From positions 27,683 to 91,682 of the forward strand of contig CAZCRA010000002.1 in assembly GCA_964500945.1 (NCBI GenBank): a DNA stretch of 64,000 bases, in the 5' to 3' direction. A program made the position numbers and the translations under genes. Positions 52,515 to 61,573 of the stretch are shown here, in pieces. Position 1 is the stretch's first letter, and every line of letters starts with the position of its first letter. The stretch is from an uncultured Verrucomicrobiales bacterium (GTDB lineage: Bacteria > Verrucomicrobiota > Verrucomicrobiia > Verrucomicrobiales > DEV007). The notes beneath the pieces are model-generated. The model searched no databases. It was not told the DNA's origin and was given only the letters and a program-made list of their open reading frames with translations.

Positions 52515-53627
52515 TCAGACCAGGATCAGTCGCTCCACCTGAGCCTCCAAGTCCTTCCAGGTGACGTCGGTCGAAACAAAAGCCTCGCCCAGCGCCCGGG
52601 CAAGAACGAACCGGATGCTGCCACCCGTGAACTTTTTGTCCCGGGCAAGTGCCGCGAGGATCCGCTTTGCATCGCTGCCCGGCGGGAGGTGAAGCGGCAG
52701 TTCAAAGGCTTCCAGCGCCGCCATCACCTTGCGGCTGACGGCGGGATCCAAGCCCGCTTTCTCTTCCGAAAGGCGGAGGGCGGCGACCATCCCGAGGCTC
52801 ACCGCTTCGCCATGAAGCCATTCCCCATAACCAGCGGCCGCCTCGATCCCGTGGCCGATCGTGTGACCGAAATTCAGCAGCGCCCGCAAACCCGAAGTTT
52901 CTCTCTCGTCCGCTTCCACCACGCCTGCCTTGAGCAAGACGTTACGGGCGATCAAAGGGGCGATGCCTTTCGGCGAATCACGAAATCGGATCACTTCATC
53001 GAGCATGGCGCCGTCCCGGATGACCGCGTGTTTGATGATCTCCGCGAATCCCTCACGATACTCGCGTCCAGGCAGACTCTTCAGCGTCGAGACGTCAGCA
53101 AGGACCAGCCGGGGTTGGTGAAAGGCTCCGACCAAATTCTTTCCCTGTGGCAAATTGACCCCTGTTTTTCCGCCGACCGAACTGTCGACGAGGCTGACCA
53201 CGGTCGTAGGGATTTGCACCATCGGAATCCCGCGGTAGAACGCCGCGGCCACGAAGCCGGCCAGATCGCCGATCACACCGCCGCCCAGTGCCACGACGAA
53301 AGAGCTCCGGTCGAATCCCGCCGCCGACAGCTGCTCGCAGAGGCTGGTGAAGGTCGTCAAGCCCTTCGACGACTCGCCCGCCGGCACGGTGAAAATCGAT
53401 CCGTCGAATCCAGCCGCTTTCAGTGATGCCGCCACGCGCTCGCCATAGAGCGGAGCGACGTGATCATCGCTGATGAGGGCAAACCGTGCACCCGCGGGCA
53501 GCCCCGCGCCGGCGACCCAGCGGCCGGTTTGGTCGAGAATCCCGTCGCCGATCCGCACCTCGTAGGTCCGCCCCGGCAGATCGATGGCTACGAGGTGGCT
53601 ACCGTCCTCGATTCGTTCTTTGGCCAT
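52515..53627 (-). CDS. aroB: 3-dehydroquinate synthase
   Basis: The translation shows ALGGGVIGDLAGFVAAAFYRGIPMVQIPTT.V..VDSSVGGKTGVN, KNLVGAFHQP, GFAEIIKH and LNFGHTIGHGIE...HGEAVSLGM. Confidence 0.95.
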   Translation of the reverse strand: MAKERIEDGSHLVAIDLPGRTYEVRIGDGILDQTGRWVAGAGLPAGARFALISDDHVAPLYGERVAASLKAAGFDGSIFTVPAGESSKGLTTFTSLCEQLSAAGFDRSSFVVALGGGVIGDLAGFVAAAFYRGIPMVQIPTTVVSLVDSSVGGKTGVNLPQGKNLVGAFHQPRLVLADVSTLKSLPGREYREGFAEIIKHAVIRDGAMLDEVIRFRDSPKGIAPLIARNVLLKAGVVEADERETSGLRALLNFGHTIGHGIEAAAGYGEWLHGEAVSLGMVAALRLSEEKAGLDPAVSRKVMAALEAFELPLHLPPGSDAKRILAALARDKKFTGGSIRFVLARALGEAFVSTDVTWKDLEAQVERLILV

Positions 53628-53680
53628 GCCGGAACTTCATCGCGGCACGCAGCGGAAAAACAAGCCCCTTTCCTTTGGCC

Positions 53681-54355
53681 TCAGGACTGTTCGCCGGCGA
53701 TTTGGATGTAGGTCGTCGACTGCTTTCGGCCGTTCTCGTAGGAAATGACCCTCATCTGCTCCCCGAGCTGCTGATCGCCGAACCTTTTGATCTTTTGGAC
53801 CTGGAGACGGCGGGCGAGGTTTCCAGAAGCGTCATAGGCATCCATCCGGATCAAGGCCAGAGAGTTTTGGTGAATCCAAACATCGGCGGACTTGTAGGCG
53901 CCCTCACCGTTTGGATTGCGCACGCTGACTTTCCAGCATTTGAAACCGCTGGTGCGATCCTCTTTCACCCCGGTGGCAGGCCAACCCAGCTGCCAAATGC
54001 TGAGATCTTCCCGCGTCACGTCTGTTCCCCGGACCGGTTCCGTGAAACGGCCACCGAGGAGACCAGCCGACGATCCGACGCGGACCTGGATGGATTCGTT
54101 GGGATTATTGAATCGGTAGATCATCCGCCCGTCCTGGCGAGAAGACACGGCGAAAGGAACGACATTCCGACCCACGCCCTGCTGGAACGTGCCGTAAAAG
54201 GAACCGGACATCGAGGCGATCGACTGCCGGGCGGCGGCCAGAAGGCGTTGTGGATCGACGTTCTGCGCGGCGGCTTCACCGAGCATCAAGGCAGGCAGGG
54301 CCGCGGACAGGAAGGGAACGAGAAGGTTGTTTTTCATGATGGGAATCGAAATCAT
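53681..54355 (-). CDS. Outer-membrane lipoprotein-sorting (LolA-fold-like) protein
   Basis: A signal peptide is present, followed by GTDVTREDLSIW...FKCWKVSVRNPNGEGAYKSADVWIHQNSLALIRMDAYD. It is a paralogue of the next gene. An alternative start at 54337 (MKNN) exists. The 54355 start overlaps the upstream stop (ATGA). Confidence 0.55.
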   Translation of the reverse strand: MISIPIMKNNLLVPFLSAALPALMLGEAAAQNVDPQRLLAAARQSIASMSGSFYGTFQQGVGRNVVPFAVSSRQDGRMIYRFNNPNESIQVRVGSSAGLLGGRFTEPVRGTDVTREDLSIWQLGWPATGVKEDRTSGFKCWKVSVRNPNGEGAYKSADVWIHQNSLALIRMDAYDASGNLARRLQVQKIKRFGDQQLGEQMRVISYENGRKQSTTYIQIAGEQS

Positions 54356-55074
54356 TCGTCGTCTTCAGGTTTGATCTCCAGCCAGGTGACACCCCTTTTG
54401 CGGTCTTCCTGGAAAGATCGGACGCGGATGACGTCGGCCATCCAGACATCGCCGATTTTTCTGCCACTGGTGACCTCGAAATCCTTGATTCGTTGCGCCG
54501 GCTCGGAGCGGTCGTAGCCCTCCAACTGAATCAACCCACCGCTCTGCTGGTCGATCCAAATCAGCACGTAGCCATAAGGACCCCGGGCATCCGGATTGTT
54601 CACGCGAAGCTTCCAGGCCTGGCGCGTCTTGATCCGGTCCACCTCGAGAAGCTCCGGATCGGGCCAGTAAAGAAACCGCATCGCCAAATCTTCATAGGTG
54701 ATGTCGGTTCCCCGGATGAACTCGCCATACCGGGCGGCCGGCACGGGCGCATTGCTCCCTTCGACGACCTCGCGCAGGAGGAGTTCTTCTCCCGCGGTAT
54801 CGAGGTGAATCGCCTGGGGCGGCTGCGCGAACCGGAGGCGGATGTAATTCGACCGGAGGGAAAGCGTGAACGGCACGAACTGATTGTGCTTTCGCAGGCG
54901 GGCCGGAAATTCCTGGTCGTTCAGCGTGTAGCTGTATTGAACCAGCTTGAGGATTTCGGGTGCCGTGAGGTCTTCGAGCTTTTTGCCGAACGGACTGCCG
55001 TCTTGTGCCAGAGCCGCCGGCTGAAGCGCCGCGGCAAGGGTCGCAAAGATGAGGATGGTGCTCCGTGGGATCAT
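54352..55074 (-). CDS. Outer-membrane lipoprotein-sorting (LolA-fold-like) protein (paralogue)
   Basis: A signal peptide (MIPRSTILIFATLAAALQPAALA) is followed by GTDITYEDLAMRFLYW...AWKLRVNNPDARGPYGYVLIWIDQQSGGLIQLEGYD. Confidence 0.55.
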   Translation of the reverse strand: MIPRSTILIFATLAAALQPAALAQDGSPFGKKLEDLTAPEILKLVQYSYTLNDQEFPARLRKHNQFVPFTLSLRSNYIRLRFAQPPQAIHLDTAGEELLLREVVEGSNAPVPAARYGEFIRGTDITYEDLAMRFLYWPDPELLEVDRIKTRQAWKLRVNNPDARGPYGYVLIWIDQQSGGLIQLEGYDRSEPAQRIKDFEVTSGRKIGDVWMADVIRVRSFQEDRKRGVTWLEIKPEDDE

Positions 55075-55231
55075 GGGTGGTCACAGTCTAGCAGAACTCC
55101 ACCGTTTTCAAAGGGGAGCCGCTGCGTCACCCACTTTCGACGAGGGCTGGAGCCCTGATTTGCATCATCCGCCGGAATTTCCCAAAAAAACTCCGCTTGC
55201 CTCGAGCGTTTTGAGCGGCTTTTCGTGGCGG

Positions 55232-55978
55232 GTGTCCGACCTATCTCCGAACCCGCGCTTTTCCCTCGTCGTGCCGCTTTACAACGAGGAGGAGAACATC
55301 GCCCCACTCCAAGATGAGGTGGCCCGCGTTCTGGAGGGCTGGGACTACGAATTGATTCTGGTCAACGATGGATCAAACGACCGGACGCTGGAGCGGATCG
55401 TTCGCGGCCCGAGAGTCCGGGTTTTGAACCTACGGAAAAACTCCGGGCAAAGCGCGGCCATGTATGTGGGCATTCAGGCGGCCCGTGGGGGGTTAATCGG
55501 CCTGATGGACGGCGATCTCCAAAACGATCCGGCCGATTTCGAGGCCCTGGTCGCCGAAGTCGAGAAGGGCGCCGATCTGGCCTGCGGTTACCGCGCGAAT
55601 CGCCGGGACACCTGGTTCAAAAAGGTCCAGAGCCGCATCGCCAACGGTGTCCGGAGCCGCTTCACCGGCGATGGTGTCCGGGATACGGGTTGCACGCTGA
55701 AGGTCATGCGAGCGCCTTGCCGGAGCGCCCTGGTTCCGTTTCGTGGCATGCACCGATTCATTCCGGCGCTGGTCAAGGCGGCGGGTTTCGAGCTGGTGGA
55801 AGTGCCCGTTCGGCATCGCGCCCGGCAGCACGGGGTCAGCAAATACGGCGGCGGGTTGGGCCGGGCGGTGCCAGCCACCACCGACATGCTGGGAGTGCAG
55901 TGGTTGAATTCGCGACACCTCACCATCGAGGCTGACGAGGAGGAAAGCGCCCGGGACACTAGCGAAACCACAATCTAA
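55232..55978 (+). CDS. GT2-family glycosyltransferase (polyprenyl-phosphate sugar synthase-like)
   Basis: The translation shows FSLVVPLYNEEENI, LILVNDGSNDRT, NSGQSAAM and LMDGDLQNDP. The start is uncertain. The track start at 55049 overlaps the divergent gene. In-frame alternatives are a GTG at 55232 (chosen) and a TTG at 55211. Confidence 0.75.
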   Translation: MSDLSPNPRFSLVVPLYNEEENIAPLQDEVARVLEGWDYELILVNDGSNDRTLERIVRGPRVRVLNLRKNSGQSAAMYVGIQAARGGLIGLMDGDLQNDPADFEALVAEVEKGADLACGYRANRRDTWFKKVQSRIANGVRSRFTGDGVRDTGCTLKVMRAPCRSALVPFRGMHRFIPALVKAAGFELVEVPVRHRARQHGVSKYGGGLGRAVPATTDMLGVQWLNSRHLTIEADEEESARDTSETTI

Positions 55979-56004
55979 ACCTTGACCGCCGCTCGCTCAG
56001 GCCT

Positions 56005-57093
56005 TTGATAGGTGGAATTGTGACCAACGGTTTGAATTTGCGCGATCAGCTGAAGCAGATCCTCCCGGACATCCTTCCCAGGAACCCGGCGGACTCGATC
56101 AAGGGAACGGAGCTGATCCAGCTCGTGAAGTTCCGGCTCAACCAGAACTACTCGGACGCGACCTTGCGCTACCACTTTTCGATCATGTCTTGCGATCCTT
56201 CGTCGCCGATCGCGAAGGTCGAACAGGGTCAGGGCTACTACCTCCGAAGCACGACTCTCGAATCGCTCGAGAGCGCGCGGAATTTCATCACGGGACCTGC
56301 CAGCGGCCTGCTGTTCACCGACGCCACCGGCCCAGGCGAAAGTGTCATCATCAAACGGGCGAACAAGTTTCGCGCGATCGTCAGTCGCTGGCATGAGATG
56401 GAGCAGCACTTTCCGTTTTCCTTAGAGCGCTCATTTTCTGGGCAAGACGCCGCGAAGAACCAGTGGCGACTGCCCGACATGGCCGTGGTCGAGTGGTTGG
56501 TTGGCGAGGCATTCGACGACGGCATGCACTTGGACAAACAGAGCCTGGAAATCCGCCGCCGCATGGGCGGGGCCCCCTTTCGCGTGGCCGCCGTCACCCT
56601 GAAACTCGAGGTGCACCACACCACCCTTCGCCAGACTTTTTTCAACGCGCTCAGCTCGGGGCTCTGGGCGCATCGCGCCGATTTGATCATCGCCGGCCGC
56701 ATCAGCGACGAGCAGCTTGCCGACGAACTCCGCCAACTCGGGGACACCTTTGGCGTCGGGGTGACGTGCCTGGGACTGTCGGCCGAAGACCTCGATAACC
56801 TCCCCGAACCCGCGTCGATCGCGGCCTTTCACACCCGTGAACTGGAGGCGCTCCAATCCATGTTTCAAATCCGGCGGATCACGGGCGGTCAGGAACGTCC
56901 TCAGTTGGATTGGGAGGCGGTGAATCGTTTCAGAAACGAAAATCCTGAGTTCGAGCAATTCTACGCGTGGATTTCCCGCTGTTTGATCGATGAGCGGGCC
57001 TACTCGCTCGGGGACTTCCTGGAGTTGGTGAGGGCGGAAACCGTCGAGGAAGAGGAAAACATCGAAGTTCCGCTGCCCGTCGTCGCGAGTTGA
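56005..57093 (+). CDS. Hypothetical protein (362 aa), possibly with an N-terminal winged-helix domain
   Basis: The ORF is clean. The N-terminus reads IKGTELIQLVKFRLNQNYSDATLRYHFSIMS...GQGYYLR. The C-terminal tail is acidic. The start could be TTG at 56005 or GTG at 56020. I recognise no family. Confidence 0.5.
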   Translation: MIGGIVTNGLNLRDQLKQILPDILPRNPADSIKGTELIQLVKFRLNQNYSDATLRYHFSIMSCDPSSPIAKVEQGQGYYLRSTTLESLESARNFITGPASGLLFTDATGPGESVIIKRANKFRAIVSRWHEMEQHFPFSLERSFSGQDAAKNQWRLPDMAVVEWLVGEAFDDGMHLDKQSLEIRRRMGGAPFRVAAVTLKLEVHHTTLRQTFFNALSSGLWAHRADLIIAGRISDEQLADELRQLGDTFGVGVTCLGLSAEDLDNLPEPASIAAFHTRELEALQSMFQIRRITGGQERPQLDWEAVNRFRNENPEFEQFYAWISRCLIDERAYSLGDFLELVRAETVEEEENIEVPLPVVAS

Positions 57094-57124
57094 GGGGCAG
57101 CCAAATCGATCCTAAGGAAGCCGG

Positions 57125-58228
57125 TCAACACCGGCCGGCGTCCACCCTCTGTTCGGGGAACAATTCGAGTATCGAGTCCTCGTCCGCGGCGCAGACCCCA
57201 CGTTCGGTGATGAGGCCCGTGACCAGCCGGGATGGTGTCACGTCGAAAGCCGGGTTGGCCGCGGCCGTCGTTTCCGGAGTCAAGCGCACTTCCCGTTCGG
57301 CCCCGTCCGAACTCCAGCCGGCAAGATGCGTGACCTCTCGCGGATCGCGTTCCTCAATCGGGATAGCCTGCCCCTCCCGCGTTTCCCAGTCGAAGGTCGA
57401 GGAGGGTAGGGCCACGTAGAACGGAATGCCGTTGTCGCCAGCAGCGAGCGCCTTCAGATATGTTCCAATCTTGTTAGCGACGTCGCCGGTGCGCGTCGTC
57501 CGGTCCGTTCCCGTGATCACCACGTCGATCTCACCACGCTGCATCAGATGCCCCCCTGCATTGTCAGCGATCACCGTGTGCGGCACGCCGTGCATCCCGA
57601 GTTCCCAGGCCGTCAGGCGCGCCCCTTGGTTCCGCGGCCGGGTTTCGTCCACCCAGACGTGAACCGGAATGCCCACGTCGAAAGCCGCATAAATCGGCGA
57701 GGTCGCCGAACCGTAGTCGACGAAGGCCAACCAACCCGCATTGCAATGGGTGAGAATCTGCACGGGCTCGCCCCGCTTGGTCTTAGCCAGCTCCTGCAAA
57801 ATGAGTAACCCATGCTCGCCAATCGCCCGACAGCACGCCGCGTCCTCATCCGCGACCGCTTGGGCAACCTCTCGCGCTTTATCCGGCTCAGGCGCGCTCC
57901 CTGCGGCCTCGATTTGGCGCCGAACCGCCCAACCCAAGTTCACCGCCGTGGGACGGGTGGCGATCAATTGCTCCCCGAGAGACGCAAACATGTCCGCGTT
58001 GCCTCCGGCCTCCAAGGATGCCAGATACATTCCCCAGGCGGCGGTCGCCCCGATCAGTCCGGCCCCACGGACGTGCATGTCGCGAATGGCGATGGCGACG
58101 TCGTCCACCGAGCGCAGATCCTCGATCTCAAGGCGGAAAGGAAGGTGGCGCTGATCGATGATCTGAACCACGGCGGGATCATCCGGATGAGGCCAGATGG
58201 TCCGGTAAGGCGTTCCTTCGACGAGCAT
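57125..58228 (-). CDS. mtnA: S-methyl-5-thioribose-1-phosphate isomerase
   Basis: The translation shows IIDQRHLPF, IRDMHVRGAGLIG, RPTAVNL, ILTHCNAG, VWVDETRPRNQGARLTAWEL, VITGTDRTTRTGDVANKIGTY and NPAFDVTP. Confidence 0.9.
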   Translation of the reverse strand: MLVEGTPYRTIWPHPDDPAVVQIIDQRHLPFRLEIEDLRSVDDVAIAIRDMHVRGAGLIGATAAWGMYLASLEAGGNADMFASLGEQLIATRPTAVNLGWAVRRQIEAAGSAPEPDKAREVAQAVADEDAACCRAIGEHGLLILQELAKTKRGEPVQILTHCNAGWLAFVDYGSATSPIYAAFDVGIPVHVWVDETRPRNQGARLTAWELGMHGVPHTVIADNAGGHLMQRGEIDVVITGTDRTTRTGDVANKIGTYLKALAAGDNGIPFYVALPSSTFDWETREGQAIPIEERDPREVTHLAGWSSDGAEREVRLTPETTAAANPAFDVTPSRLVTGLITERGVCAADEDSILELFPEQRVDAGRC

Positions 58229-58231
58229 TCG

Positions 58232-59425
58232 TCAGGATACGCCGGCCAAGCCCAGATACCAACGAATCAGCCCGGGCCCCGCGAAGAGAAAAATGAGGGC
58301 TCCGGCGGCCAGGAAGGGACCGAACGGGATGGGCTTGCTCCACTTTTCACCGCCAACCGCTTTTTGCAGGATGCCGCCTACCGCGCCGGCCAAGGCACCG
58401 GCAACGAGCGTGAAAAGCGTTGCTTGCCACCCGAGAAACGCCCCGATCATCGCCACGAACTTCACGTCGCCAAACCCCATCGCCTCACGGGGTTGGACGA
58501 TGCGCTGCGTGCGCCCTTCGAGCCGCTGCACGTCGGCCAGAGGAACCGTCTTGGCCGAAACAATCATCCGGTCGAAGTAGAACTCCACCGGTCCCTCGAT
58601 GCCTTGTGCCGTGCCGTCGACGGTGATCGATTCTCCCTCGATGATGAGACGGTCACTGGGACGGGAAAACAACTCGCTCCAGGGGTAGACATCCCCGCCG
58701 ATTTCAAGCTGAGGCTCGGCGTCCGGATCCGGTTCGTGAATCCGCCACTCCAGCGGTTCGTTGAAACGATGCTCTTTACGGCCAAAAGCCAGTTTGCCGA
58801 GTTGAACGACGGCCCAGATCAGACCGTAGCCGCAAACCGCGCCCAGAAGCGCTGTCAGTGGCGCCTTCCACCAGGGACTCTCCTGGATCGGAAAGCGCAC
58901 CGGAGCCGTCTCCTGGATCGCCTGCCAAGAGGGAATTGCCAGATCCATCAGGGGCGCTATCAGCGCAAAAACGATCCCTGCGGCCACCCCGCCCCAGTTG
59001 ATCGAATCGGGAATGATGTAGTGTTCGAAATCAATCCACGTCGCCGAGACCAGAAGACTCACCAAAACCCAAAGCGCGAGCACACAAGCCCAACCAAAGG
59101 CCGCGAACTGAAGCCAGACGGCGATGAAAAGCAGCGTTGTCACCACCTCGACCACGACGTAGCGTGACGATATGCGCGCTCCACACGCCGCGCATTTGCC
59201 GCGAAGCAGGATCCAACTCACGACCGGGAGGTTCTGATGCCACGGAATCGTTTTCTCACACGCCGGACAGAACGACCGCGACGGTTCGTGCACCTTCAAT
59301 CCGAGCGGGAGACGGTAGATTACCACGTTCAGAAACGAGCCGATGCAGGCACCCAACCCCGCCACCAGCAGTAAAACCACCGGATGATCGTGGATGGAGA
59401 GGAGAACAGGGTCCGGGAAGCGCAT
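58232..59425 (-). CDS. pilD: Prepilin peptidase (A24 family) with a large internal insertion
   Basis: The translation shows GSFLNVVIYRLP and the Zn-type CPACEKTI...GKCAACG. The first catalytic-type Asp lies in TWIDFEHYIIPD and the second in GFGDVKFVAMIGAFLG. FGPFLAAG is also present. The two Asp motifs are 188 residues apart. Confidence 0.85.
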   Translation of the reverse strand: MRFPDPVLLSIHDHPVVLLLVAGLGACIGSFLNVVIYRLPLGLKVHEPSRSFCPACEKTIPWHQNLPVVSWILLRGKCAACGARISSRYVVVEVVTTLLFIAVWLQFAAFGWACVLALWVLVSLLVSATWIDFEHYIIPDSINWGGVAAGIVFALIAPLMDLAIPSWQAIQETAPVRFPIQESPWWKAPLTALLGAVCGYGLIWAVVQLGKLAFGRKEHRFNEPLEWRIHEPDPDAEPQLEIGGDVYPWSELFSRPSDRLIIEGESITVDGTAQGIEGPVEFYFDRMIVSAKTVPLADVQRLEGRTQRIVQPREAMGFGDVKFVAMIGAFLGWQATLFTLVAGALAGAVGGILQKAVGGEKWSKPIPFGPFLAAGALIFLFAGPGLIRWYLGLAGVS

Positions 59426-59500
59426 GAAAAGGTAAAAGACGATGTTTCGGCGGCGTCAAAATAAAGGCCGAAAAGGAACCATTAGCAAAGTCAAAATGTC

Positions 59501-60211
59501 ATGATCTCTAAACGAGCAGCGTCCGGACCTCTCCTCATGGTGCTCCTGCTGGGAATGGTTCAGTGCAGCACGTCCCCGAAACCGGCTCGCCAATCCGCCG
59601 CCACCAAGATCGTTCGGCAGGCGGCGAAAGTCGATCTCATCCCGGTGCAGCAGGCCGCGCCCGGAGTCGTCGTCGATCTGCGCTACGCCACCCGCAACAA
59701 CCTGACGGGCAAACCGCTCTACCCACCCGAGATGCCCTGCCTCATTCACCGCTCGACGGGCGGCAAATTGAAGCGCGCTCAGCAGGCCCTCGCACGGCAG
59801 GGGTTCGGCCTCAAAGTGTTCGATGCCTATCGTCCCCCGGAGGCCCAACAGGCGCTGTGGAATAAGGCGCAGGACCCGAATTACGTGGTGCCCCCGTCCG
59901 TGACATGGTCGCGCCACTGTTCCGGGACCGCGGTCGACGTGACGCTGGTGGATGCCAACGGGCGGGAACTTCGCATGCCGACCGGCTTTGATCATTTCGG
60001 GCCTGAAGCCGCTTCAGCCTACATCGGCTCCGACCTCGAAATCCGGCGAAATCTGACCCTCTTGCAACAAGCCATGATCGACGCCGGTTTCAGCAAGATC
60101 CGCAGCGAGTGGTGGCACTTCGTCGATCCCTTCCCGCCGGGAGCGCGCGTCGTGCCCGCGGCGGCTGCGGGCATCAACATGCCGGACCATGTCCCGACCG
60201 TCCGATACTGA
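59501..60211 (+). CDS. D-alanyl-D-alanine dipeptidase (VanX/DdpX, M15D)
   Basis: A signal peptide is present. The translation shows VVDLRYATRNNLTGKPLY, KVFDAYRPPEAQQALW, SRHCSGTAVDVTLVD and EWWHF. Confidence 0.85.
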   Translation: MISKRAASGPLLMVLLLGMVQCSTSPKPARQSAATKIVRQAAKVDLIPVQQAAPGVVVDLRYATRNNLTGKPLYPPEMPCLIHRSTGGKLKRAQQALARQGFGLKVFDAYRPPEAQQALWNKAQDPNYVVPPSVTWSRHCSGTAVDVTLVDANGRELRMPTGFDHFGPEAASAYIGSDLEIRRNLTLLQQAMIDAGFSKIRSEWWHFVDPFPPGARVVPAAAAGINMPDHVPTVRY

Positions 60212-61541
60212 AGCCGAGCCGGATCGAAACGGTCCTCCGGGGGATGCGTTGCGTTTGGCGGCCGTCCGAATCGCGACCGTCTTGCGGGAGGCGGACCACG
60301 AAGCCTACTTTGCCGGCGGCTGCGTCCGGGATGACCTTCTCGGCAAGCGTCCGAAAGACTACGACATCGCCACCAGCGCTCATCCGAAACAGGTGCGCCG
60401 TCTCTTCCCCCGCGCCAACCTGGTGGGGGCCCACTTCGGGGTCATTCTGATTCACGAACCCGAGGGCGATTTCGAAATCGCCACCTTCCGGACCGACGGC
60501 GATTATGTGGACGGGCGCCGGCCGAAAGAGGTCCAGTTTTCGAACGCGGAACAGGACGCGCGGCGTCGCGATTTCACGATCAACGGACTGTTCGAGGTGC
60601 CGGGAACCGGGGAGATCATCGATTTCGTCGGCGGCCGGGAGGATCTCGAAAGCCGGCAGGTCCGCGCGATCGGCGATCCAGTGGACCGGTTTCGTGAGGA
60701 TCATCTCCGCATGTTGCGGGCCGTGCGGTTTGCGACCGTCTTGGATTTCGCCATCGAAGATGAGACCGCGGCCGCCATCCGGCATCATGCCGCGGAGATC
60801 GCACGGATCAGCGCCGAGCGCGTCCGGGACGAATTGGTCCGAACCCTGAACGCCCCCCGGCGTCTGCTGGGTTTCGACCTGCTCGATGAAACCGGGCTGC
60901 TGCGCGAGATCCTTCCCGAAGTGGCCCAGCTTAAAGGTTGTCCAGATCCGGAATGGAGGACGGTTGACGGCGATTTGTTCGAGCGCACCCGGGGTATTCT
61001 GGAGAGATTGCCGGCCGATGCCCCGGCGGCGGTCGTGCTTGGCGCCCTTCTTCACGGGATAGGGAAGAGTTCAGTGGAGGCCTCGGTGCTCGAGCGGGAG
61101 GAAGCCGCCGCGTCCGAGGCTGCCGAGATCCTTCGAAGGTTACGATTTTCCAACGAAGTCCTGGACCGCGTGGTGGCGCTGGTGAAACACCGGGACGCCT
61201 ATGGTCGCGCCACGAAAATGTCTGAGGCGGAACTCCGCCGTTTCATGGCTCTGCCGGAGTTCGAGGACGGCTTGACGTTGCACCGCGCTGTCTGCGCCGC
61301 TCGCGGACGTCCGGACGATGACGAGCGCTTTCTTCGGCAGAGGCGCGGCAGCTACGATGCGAATCGGCCGCTGATTCCACCACGGCTGCTTTCAGGGAAT
61401 GATCTCATTCAGGCCGGTTGGCCATCGGGGCCCCTGGTCGGAAAGATCTTGCATGCCGTCCAGACCGAGCAACTTGAGGAGCGGCTCACCACCCGGGAGG
61501 AGGCCCTTCGATGGGTGGCTGCCAAGTTTCCGAAGCCCTGA
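60189..61541 (+). CDS. cca: CCA-adding tRNA nucleotidyltransferase (PolyA-pol head plus HD domain)
   Basis: The translation shows YFAGGCVRDDLLGKRPKDYDIATSA, RTDGDYVDGRRP, RRDFTINGL, DRFREDHLRMLRAVRF and LLHGIGK. It overlaps the upstream gene by 23 nt. Confidence 0.85.
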   Translation: MSRPSDTEAEPDRNGPPGDALRLAAVRIATVLREADHEAYFAGGCVRDDLLGKRPKDYDIATSAHPKQVRRLFPRANLVGAHFGVILIHEPEGDFEIATFRTDGDYVDGRRPKEVQFSNAEQDARRRDFTINGLFEVPGTGEIIDFVGGREDLESRQVRAIGDPVDRFREDHLRMLRAVRFATVLDFAIEDETAAAIRHHAAEIARISAERVRDELVRTLNAPRRLLGFDLLDETGLLREILPEVAQLKGCPDPEWRTVDGDLFERTRGILERLPADAPAAVVLGALLHGIGKSSVEASVLEREEAAASEAAEILRRLRFSNEVLDRVVALVKHRDAYGRATKMSEAELRRFMALPEFEDGLTLHRAVCAARGRPDDDERFLRQRRGSYDANRPLIPPRLLSGNDLIQAGWPSGPLVGKILHAVQTEQLEERLTTREEALRWVAAKFPKP

Positions 61542-61573
61542 ATCTGTCCCGGGCGATGCTTCGCCCCAATCCC

